Part shown: positions 52,101 through 62,800 of the stretch, one piece after another
Position numbering within the stretch: the stretch's first letter is position 1
Layout: every line of letters begins with the position of its first letter
From: Phoronis australis
Taxonomy: Eukaryota; Animalia; Phoronida
Assembly: GCA_002633005.1 (NCBI GenBank)
Contig: NMRA01000066.1
Span: 310,001 to 374,000, forward strand
Direction of reading: 5' to 3'
Length of the DNA: 64,000 nucleotides
Translations under genes and position numbers: made by a program
Notes under the pieces: generated by a model
Databases searched by the model: none
What the model was told of the DNA's origin: nothing
What the model saw: only the letters and a program-made list of their open reading frames with translations

Positions 52101-55100
52101 TTTTAAAGCCCCATACAGTGCTGTTGTGCTTATTTTTATGAAGCTGAAATGATTAGCGATTACGCTTGTGAATTGTCGTTTTCCTGTTGACCTCTAGAAA
52201 TGTGTAGTAATCAAAATGAAGTATTCCTTTGTTTGCATTTGATTTGTTTGTGTGTGTAATTATTTTTAGAGCTTTCTTAAGAAGGCCTTTGAACAATTTT
52301 AAGTTTTGCGTTAACTTGTCCACAACAAAAGTTTCACATGCAAGAAAAGTATATAAAGAAACAACATTGTTAAAAACAATTTTAATTTTCCCACGCAATG
52401 GAGTCCATAATCAGGCATATCATGTCCAAAGGTAAAATAGACGGTCAGGCGGTTGGTTTCAGTTGTTTTCTCTCACCTGTAACAGAGTAGTCAGAGAAAT
52501 ATTTACAAATTATGAAAGAAAACACAAGAATACTTTAGTAAGGCAGAACATACTTGACGTTTCATCTTCGTGTTTATATGTAGAAACTAATAATATTTGT
52601 ACCCAAGTCTTATTTAAAATCTTAATTAAACAATGTGAAACAGGCTAAAAGTGATTTAATAATGTGTATTTTTCACGGCACCTAAAATGTGCATCTGACC
52701 TCAACAAGTAAAATTCATTCTAGGTGTCAATTTTTAATCCAATGCAATGCTGTGACGTTTACTGAATAGCTTATTCGTGTTAATTCGGTAACTAACCTGG
52801 TAGTCCTGGGGGTGGGGTCCGCTATAAAATAAGGAAACTCACTCGTCTAGTGGGTTTTATTCGACATAGCATAGCTTTGAAGAGAAACTGCTGTGAAAAA
52901 GTCACCCTTGACTTCTGAGCGTCACGCACCATACACTTCTTACAATGGGCACATTCCCACCCCTGGAGGACAATGTATTAACATGTGCTGCTAGCCTACG
53001 CGGCATCCGAGTCCTGAGTGAGTTTCCGAAAAGAGTCACATAGTTCCATTCAATAAACCCGTTATTCAGTGGGGTAACTGGTGGTGATAACATCACTGAA
53101 CAATGTCGATAGAAACTTGATTGCTAAAAACTTACCAAGTAACGTTATGCAGTCTCCCAAAGGGGCTTCGGCATCCACACACTTTTGGTCAGTTGGTTGA
53201 CCCTTTTGACCACAATGCTCCACGAATGTAGTAACCTTAGGTCTTTTGGTACATATAATTTGTGGCCACCTGTCGAAGACTTGCACCAGGGAAAATAGCA
53301 GTAATAGGGTTTTGCGCGACGACGTACTTTGATAACAATCCGTCTTTTTTACCAGCTGTTTACATGCAGACAGTGACGCATGTGCGATTCAATCACCACT
53401 AGTACAGCAGCGACACCGCGAGGAGAATTCTCCGAATAGTCCCATTCATTCTGTCGCCCCGAAATGGACTGACTGTATCCACTGCAAGTCTATTCACTGA
53501 GAGAGACACCATTTTAGTTTGTGATTTAAGAAAAACACCGCGTTCAGCCCAAGAAGCAAATTTTTGATTTACACCAATTGCCACACTTTGTCTCAATTTG
53601 TTCTTTTCTCAAATGAGAAGTATTTTCTGAGTTTGCAAACATGACAGATCCTTGAGACCAGGGTCGGCACATACATGTAGTTGACACGCAGTGACAGGTC
53701 ACATGCTTGTTCCTTCCACGCACAGGAACCACATCCAGTCTAAACAGGGGACAATCTGATATCAGTTTCACACCGTGTTAACGATGAGTAAATTAATGTT
53801 TACGGTAACCGGGTTTGTGGGAGATTGAATCCCGGAAAATATTTGCCACTATCATATATAATAAAAACCATATACTGTACATAACCTGTTTCATGTCTGC
53901 ACAATCGAGGATAAATGGCAAACACGCACCACGGAAACATGTTGCCAGTGGGAGAGTTTCATATGGCAACTTGGCAGCGTGGGACCGGATAGGAAGCATT
54001 TTATAACTTTTGTTTAAAAACACATTCTGTGTAATCACATACACTGACTGTAAAACGGTATTTTCACGAAGTCAAATTTTCCCCTAGGCGAAAACAAAAT
54101 AACTTCTGGTTCAGCTAGGCGGCAATATAAGTCAATGGTCCCACGTTGCTTCTTGAAAGTGTCCCATCGAACACATGCAGCACGATTTGAGGACTGAGGA
54201 AAACTATCGCTTTTCCAACTTTAATAATGTACATGTACTCGGCGGCCAACTTCAATTTCCTTACTGGTAACAGTCCGCAGAGCATTTCTAATTTTACACG
54301 TTCGCAGTGATCAAGACTAATCGAAGTTCAATATTTTCTCGTGTACATCTATATTTTCAGCAAACTTCATGAAGACTTTTTATAGTCTGCCTGTTCTATT
54401 ATCGCCATAAACTGCTACATTTTTGCGTGAGCTTGCAAATAGGCGTGGTCCACCTGCCCGTTACCAGGGTTCAGGACAAGAATAATTTTTAGATGTTAAC
54501 AACCTTCAGTGGATTGTGGACACCGGAAAAAGATCTAAGGTGAGCTAAAAGAACATGTGTCATCTAGCACTTGTTGCAAGACTCTGAAAAGGCGTCTACT
54601 GCATTTAATCCCTTTGAAGGCGAATTTAACCCACAAAAAATACCACTCTCCGAGACATGAGGCGCATCGGCACCAGAGCTAAGATTCTTAAGTGTTACCT
54701 TAGATAGATTTCTGAGAGTGCCGGTAACGGATGACTCTTGTTCGTTGCAAGGAATCACACGGGGGCTGACCCACGATAGACCAATGGTAAAGTTCCCCAC
54801 ACACGTCAACTCACCCAAGGGTTGGCCAGCTAGAAAATACATCAATATCACAGCAATAATTCAAATGCACTAAAATCTTGTTGAGGAGGGATGTGAGCAA
54901 AAATAGATATACATGTACTGTGATGCTTCTGTGGCCTTTGCATCCCTGTACACTATGGCCCATTGCTATCAGTGACGCATTTCATGAAAAGTGACAGAAA
55001 TTTGGTCTTACGCTTCCACTTCGTAATTGTTGAAAAAATGTTTTTCCGAATAACGATGAGCGCATCACAGTCTAGAAATAATTTATAGAAATAATATCTG

Positions 55101-58100
55101 TAAGAAACAGTTAATATGTGTATGTTGAGAGACTTAGAAATTCTGCTCAAACGAGAGATCATTGTTTTTTTTTAAATAGTTGTTTGAAGCATAAGACAAC
55201 ATTTATGGCTGAAGTCTTGAGTCACTTTTCAGGAAGCAGAACCCTGGTTGTGACTCGGTTAAATGGTTTTGGCAAGTGCTTAACGTTAGTGGCACGTTAC
55301 AGTGCTCATTTCTGAGTTAAAACCTTCTTTGCAAAATAACGAAAAGCACTTCATTAAAACTAGCGATTTTGATTTTCTCTCAGCCTGAGCCATGAATTCG
55401 AACGGTTGCCGAATGATGTCTTCATATAAAATACAATTTGCTGTACTTGGGTAGCACGTTTTCAGTTGGGCAAAATTGATTAAATACACGACACTTGTCG
55501 ATGTTGACTATCTTCTTTCCGTTCCGTTCGTATCCTCAGAACAAAGTGCGACATTCAACAGACCATTGGTAAAGTAACTGTCCAAGAGACATGATAAAAA
55601 GACGCGTGATATTTCGAAACATACATGTACTTGTTTCATTCTCAAGTGAAAACAAAATGGCGCTGTAATACCAAAACAGAGCAATAGCTAGAAGCATACA
55701 TAGTGGGACACGCCGTCTGGAATACTGTAAACAATGGCACATGGAGGGATTAACGGCGGGGAAGTCACGCAAATAAGTGTAGCGTGCGGCGAGACCCTGT
55801 TTACTGCTCATTAAAAATAGGCTTCTCGAATACAATCGATGTCTAAAACACGATGTGATGCGATTAAACGCGTTGTAGACGCTTTTGATTGCAATCTAGA
55901 GCTACTAGCTTTTTCGTGGGCGGCGCAGCACTGAAAAAAGTGTGGACTATAGCCTTCCCGGCCACCTATGGTGCGCAGCTCTGTGGTGCTATTGCTGCGT
56001 CATTTTACATCGATTTGAGAATGAAACAAGTAGCTTTCAAAATATTGTGTGTCTTTTAATCGTGTCTCTAGGTTGGTATACCAATGTTCCGTTGAATGTC
56101 AAACTTTTCTCCAAGGATACGAACGGAATGGAATAAAGATAATCAACAACGGCAAGAGTCTAAAGTTCTTCGCGCTTAGCGCGAACATTTCTGACACGTT
56201 ACAACACTGCAACACTGGTTATTATGGGAAAATTCTCACTTGTTCCGCAAATCTGTTCGCTGGGTATGGTACCAGGAGAAGACATCGGGAATGTTATCAT
56301 TACGTCCCCGTCCGTAATTCTGGTGGGATAACAATACTCTGAAAACAAAAATTTCAGATATTTGAAATGACTTCATTTCACATGTTAGTCTCTCAAGTTC
56401 TGACTATTGCTGCATTCAGTAGATCCTCAAAGACGCATTAGGCATTTATGTACACGCGAGCCCAATCAAAATACATGTAGGTTCTATAAGTACAAGTTCT
56501 AACTGGTACAGAGACCTTTTTATTTTGTGAACTGCGAGTAAATCTTCCTTCTAACAGAAGGAAAACATTACAAGTGGACTGCGCATTGGTCATGAAACAA
56601 AGGCTTACCGGCCGATAAGAGAATAATACTCTGCAAGTCTATGTGTCCACCCGTGAAAGTCTTCATAGCTAGTTGGAGCACGTCAAGTAGGTTCTCTAAG
56701 TCGCTCGGTGGCTCCTGATATTGGTCAGAATAAGTCGTCAATCTAAAGTCCACCCCAAGCCCCGATGTCCTTAAAAATGGTAGCAGAATATACAGGTAAA
56801 TGTTGTAAGGTATGGTTTGAGGCAACCTTTCCGAAACATCTTACTGTTTCATTCCCTACCTTTACATTGACATTGACATAAGCAGTAGCCAACATGTACA
56901 ACAAATTTCTTCCATACAAAAACGGAGAGCAATGTTTCTACTTTTTCATTTTATATGAATTAACATTCGCAAAAAAGGAGACAAATTCACGTTCATGGAC
57001 TAAGTTGTACAAATCTGTTTGGCACAATAGCTGTGCCAAGGGCACGCTTTTGTTGTAGTTATAGCAGTAGTAGTGGAGATGGTTGCGATGGTGTTGGCGA
57101 TGGTGTTGGCGATGGTGTTGGCGATGGTGTTGGCGGTGGTGTTGGTAGTGATGGTCGTTGCCGTGGTTGTGCCGGTATTGGTGATGATTCTTGTGGTGGT
57201 ACAGGCGTTGGTTGTGTTACACTGGTGGTTTTTTGTAGTTGGTAGTTGTGGTGGTGGTGATGGCGGCGTCGGCATGCCCCAGTACCGGCGGTGAACAGTA
57301 AATGTAACTGTTGCGAGATAAGAAGCACGGTGGGAGAGGGAATTCGGCTGAGGCTTGTAAGATCTGATGCAGCTGCAGAGCTATAGGCCTTACACAGTTT
57401 CGTCCCATGTTTTTGGCAAGTTTGCGAACCCGCGAAAGGCATGTTATCTGTCGGTAAGATCAAAGTTCTCTGATTTGCTCTAAATTACCACACAGTGCTA
57501 CGTCATAGTCTCTTCTTCATCCCCATCATCTTGTTCCATAATGAACAAATATGGACCGTTCTCGAGAGCATTATCAAGCTATGCATGTAGATGGACCGAG
57601 AAACAACAGTTTCAACAATAAACTAGACAAGACTTCGACAGCACTCTGTCGGACTCTGTCGAACTCGGAAAAAATACCTTATCAAAATTATTTGTCAGTT
57701 TAAAATATCTTATTTTTCGGAGTTTCATGTGACTTAAGTGCGAATAGCCGTTGTTCATTTGTCTATGTATTCACTGGATGTCGACAACGCAAGTGGAGAA
57801 ACATCTATCGAGAGCTGGGATTCTAGGAGAAAATGTATGCCTTAGTCGCGCTTTTTGCTCCAAGCCTTTGTCAAATTTAACATTCTGCAATGTTGCCTGA
57901 CGCCAAAGGGCAACAATGCTCTTCCCAAATGACCGCTAAATTTATATTTGCTTAAAGCCACTGATTCTTCTTTCCTGCGATTTCTTCGACTCTTAATAAG
58001 TTTCTTTGAAATTCTGTTTTCTATACTCTTTAACTTTATTTACAGAAGCAGTGGCTTACATGTATACTTTCTGCAGCGTGTAATTGGCCTGATCACGAAT

Positions 58101-59840
58101 ACTGGCATATAACCTCCAAGAGGCGTGGATGGAATCTAATCTTACATGGATATCCGGGCAAATTGCCTCATCTTGTAATACACGTAAGTACCACCAAATT
58201 TTAAAATGCAAGAAGTACTCACAGATTATTGAACGACACCACCACTATGCTGCCATAATCGACAAAAATTTTTCCCGGATACGCCTGACCAACTGCATTG
58301 TCGAGGTGCAGTCTAAGAGTTGTTTCGACTGTTTTGACTTCCGCTGGAGCCGGTGAGTATCGACTGAACCAGTTGTACAGGGCATGGCTCTCTCCAAACG
58401 TAGAGTTAGGCATTTTTAACGATCCAACAAAGCTTCTGGTTCCTGAAAAAGGAAATGGAACAACTACTTCACCAATGACTACGGTAATGCAAAGACATTT
58501 TCTCAAATCTCGTTTTCTACACTTGCCCACGCTTGTTACACTGAACAGAGGGCTGATTAAAAAAAATTCCAAGTTTACCTTTTGCATTTCCTTCGTTATG
58601 AATTGAAGTGACTAAAGGAACGAGAATCCATTCAATCACTGTTTTCATGAACTTTGTGCTCATTTCTATAGTTTTGTCATCTGTGAGTTGTTGGCACTTT
58701 AGTGCCAAACTTTCAGCTATGACGTACAACTACATCACTCTTCAAATCGTGCAATTCAGACTTTAAGCTTCACAATAGTACATTAAGAAAGCGGTTTTTA
58801 ACAAATTGTGTTCAAAACTATTTGGTAAGAAACCAGGGCCCATGTTCTGATCTCTGTACTCGAATTTCGTCTCGAATATTGGCCAGCCACAGTGTTAACT
58901 TAGAAATTTCCATTCGAAACATGCAACGTGGCCTCGAATCTGACTTTAAGTTGAGTTTGAGTCCAAAGATTCGATCTGTGGACCCTGAGGACACGGAAGA
59001 AAGTTGGCAGTCATAATTTAATTACTTTTCTAATACTGTGCTGTGTAGTGACTTTTAAATAATTAGTTTTGCCGGGTGATTCTGCGGAAACATGCCTCAA
59101 ACACTTGCCAGCAATTTCATTTCCAATAAATTTAAAGCTGTGAATTTTTTAATTGAGCTCATGCTCACGCTGAATGTTTTTTAATGCTACCGTTTTATGT
59201 GGCGCCCTCTAGCTCTTTTGCCAAGGCTCGTTGCATTTAATCATATCAAGCACGAGGATGCTTGAAGTAACATCTCTAAACATGACCTTGTTGAGTTGAC
59301 AAGATAGTCTACTTGAGAAAAAAACTCTTACAACTATTAACTCCAGCACTTTCAAAATAGGTGCTGGAAATGTCCCCATCAGCATCTAGGCCCAACTGTA
59401 AATTGAAAAACACGCCGAAATGCTGTTTCTATGTCTCCTAGCAAGACGTCTTCAAAACGTCAACAATATTCGTTCAGTGGTACCCATCAAAGTTTATGGT
59501 TTCCGATACTGACACATACATGCAATGTCTCCACATGCGGCGGTAGTTGACCCTTAACTGAATCTAGTGTGGATACATGTTATATAAAATTATCTATCTC
59601 GGCATTTGCGGGAACTGTAATGCGGCATGGGAAAACTACATCGTTATGCTTGCCCGAGAAAGGCTTGACCGGTTCCATTTCTTATTGCAGCACAAGGTGT
59701 TGAAGACTTGGGTACTTCGGCATCCACTCTTAGGCGGCACGGATGTTCCCTCTTTGTCTTAACAGAACATCGCTGAACAATAGTCTCTGAAAAACTGTGT
59801 GGGACACCGATACAATACCGCTGCTCCTGCTAATTTANCC

Positions 59841-59874
<34 letters not shown>

Positions 59875-62800
59875 TGCTGTTAGGAACAACAAATTCATGT
59901 GGTATCAAATGTAAGCAGTGTTATTTTTGCATAGCAAGACTTTCTACATTACAGCACCTTCTGAAATTCTGACACATTAGCACTGCCTGTAGCATGTTAA
60001 ACTAACGAAGCGGAAATGTAGTCACGCTTAAGTTGTTTGTCATTGTTTTTGAACAGACAAACCACGCTTATAATCAAGCCTCGTTCCTTCTAACTAATTC
60101 ATGTATCAGCCGCGGGCATATGAGAGATTAGAATTTTTAAGCTTAAAAGGCTTTTGGTGGGGTGATATGCCACCCTTCAGAGTCTCTGGGGTTAAAATGC
60201 ACTGTTTTCTAAAGACACGTGTGTAAAGAAATGTTATTTTAAGGACTATTCGGCACCTTTGCTTTCGATATTTAGCTTTGTCTAACACTTGACACGTCAC
60301 ACATTGAATTGCAACAGCAACTAAATGAAAAGTGAAATAATACAAAATATGGCAGATGGCGATGTAATGAAAATAAATTCAAAAGCTCACTCGTATATAA
60401 ATTATCTATACCGTGTTATACTCAGACTAGTCGGTTAACATTAGACACACAACTGCTCTGTATTTATAGTTAACGCAGTTAATATGGCTGTGAAAATCAT
60501 TACAGAAAACATGTAAGTTAATTTAGTATCGTTCACTCTGGTAGAGACAAAGTAGGTCTAACACAAATTACCAAATTGTTTTATTACAACTGCCGGAGAC
60601 CTAACGGCCGAGAAAGGTTTATAATTCCAAGCTTCACATATAAAAACGCCGAAGTCGTCTGCCCCCACAACCTTGGTATCACCTGACTCAGATCTGTGAA
60701 GAAAAAGACAAATCGTAAAATATCAAGCAACGAAAGAAGTTGAACATTATTCTTTATCTATTTTGTTTACTACAATATTAATGTCCACACTAAGTACTCT
60801 ATCAAACCACCAAACCAAGCGGAAAATGGGCTTACTTAGTCGTTATTATTTCATTGTCAACTGTATCATCGTGTACAAGTCTAGGCAAATTAGTACAACT
60901 TCTCCACAACAGTGATGAGTAGACTAGTCCTCTGAATTAAACTGGCATTCATACAGTCTGGCTTGTGAACTTTATAGATGGCATTCACCGATATACTAAT
61001 CTGTTTCGATTTTTGTCCGAAAACGACTAAAACTTTTTTGTTTTTAATAAAGATGACATTTGTTCGGAAGAAGTTTTGTGGGATAACAGTTCTAAACGTG
61101 CTTCGTTTCTACCAAACAAACATTTCACTCTAAGCAATATAATCCATAGCAAGAAACAGCAATGCAACAAAAGAGTACAAACAATTCCACGCATGAGCGG
61201 CGCAACCTCGGCCACGCGTGATCGAAATTGGCATGCCGTTCCCAGAGTTCCTTGTGTTGACTTACCCTTGAGTAGGCAGTCCATTTACACGGCTGGACAC
61301 AGCAAAAAAGTCGCCAGCAGGGGCACAAGTCGGGTAATACAAGTGTGTCGTGAGGATGACGAAAGAGGCGAAGTATAGCACTTCATCTGACGGCTGCTCG
61401 ATAATGCTGACCGGAGCTGAACATAGACAAACACCACACTGTTACAAGCAAATTTATAACAGTCTTTTTGAAAGAGTTGCTGGTCAAGTTTAATGCAAGC
61501 AACCCTCAAACTTAGAACCTCAATCTGTTTAATAATGCAGAAAGACCTCCTGGTAATACGTAGGGCCTTTCTTGCACATTTGACTTAAAAACGTGGTTCC
61601 GTCATAATAATAAAGACGCAGTTGTAAGAAGCATATTTTTAGAATCCTCGATCTTTCTCCTTTCAGAAATACACATTTTCAGTAGTTGACAAATCATACT
61701 TTTTCGATATTTGACTTAGAAGTGAGGAGTTAAAGTCTCAGATAACCTTAATCTAAATCCACGGGTACTCACACAAACTCGCATTCTTCTCACAAATAAA
61801 AGGGTGTAACTCCGTGCAAGGAACTTTCTGGTAATGATAGGATTGGTTGATCATTATACTCTCATTGACCATGACGTAGCAGAAATTCACCAATTGCGTC
61901 TCGTTCGCCGCGAAGTGCTCCTCAACGTTAAATGACGGGTCGACAACATTTCCATCCGACCATTTGAAGTTACCATCAAATGATAAACCAATGTACGTCT
62001 TATCGGACGCAGACCCTGAAATCACGTGGAGATAATTTCACATGCAATGATATCTTGATTTGTTCCTGTTCGACCACACCATAACTTGTTGACCTGAAAG
62101 AAACGGTCAGAACTTAACAAATGCCGCCAATGATCCCTGGTCGCACTGTTTCTGAAACTGCTGCCGCAGTTTGCACAATTGCCTTTTAATCGTGATCTTT
62201 CTATCCACATTCGGGTTATCTGGAAGAATGTGTGCGAAGCTTTAACTTCAGGCCTGTTGGTGATTAGAGTTGACTTGCAATAAAGAGAGAATCATTGGTG
62301 GCGGAAATAAACTGTAAAACAAATAGAAAACATCTGAACGAGTTTTAATTACACTTGTTCCAAGGTGCGAGGAAACATACTGTTCAGCATTTCCGAAGTG
62401 CTAGCAACAGCCGCTTTTGCGTGCTGTCGTAAGAATTCGTCAGATGGCCTGGCAAGGTGCCCGCTCTCATTCTGGCAGCGCTGCTCAGCATCGGCATAAA
62501 GCAGAGGCTCGGAGTGATGTTTGTAACAGATGTCGAGATGAACAGCGCCTAGCCAACCGCTTCCGCATTTGGCAACTGAAAACGAAAGTAAACAACGTGA
62601 ACACGAAGCACTTAACCTTGTAAAGAACAATGGACTTTTTAGTTAGGTTTGTATTTCACTGGAATTTGATATTAATACCAGTCAAAGCAATTCATTACTG
62701 GTAGTGTTTTCAGCTTTTAATTGGCACTACTTTTTGAAGTGTCGCACTAAAATATGATTTTTGATTTCCGTTGAAGCGAAACCCGACTATTTAAATGTTA

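Noticed and set aside
57000-57463. Mucin-like PT/TT-rich ORFs as a possible aGPCR stalk exon
   Set aside because: Would interrupt the SEA-like domain, has no equivalent in paralog A and no clear splice sites; simple repeat
60836-61002. Possible extra Ig exon in gene B
   Set aside because: Stop codon in the required phase from the obvious acceptor
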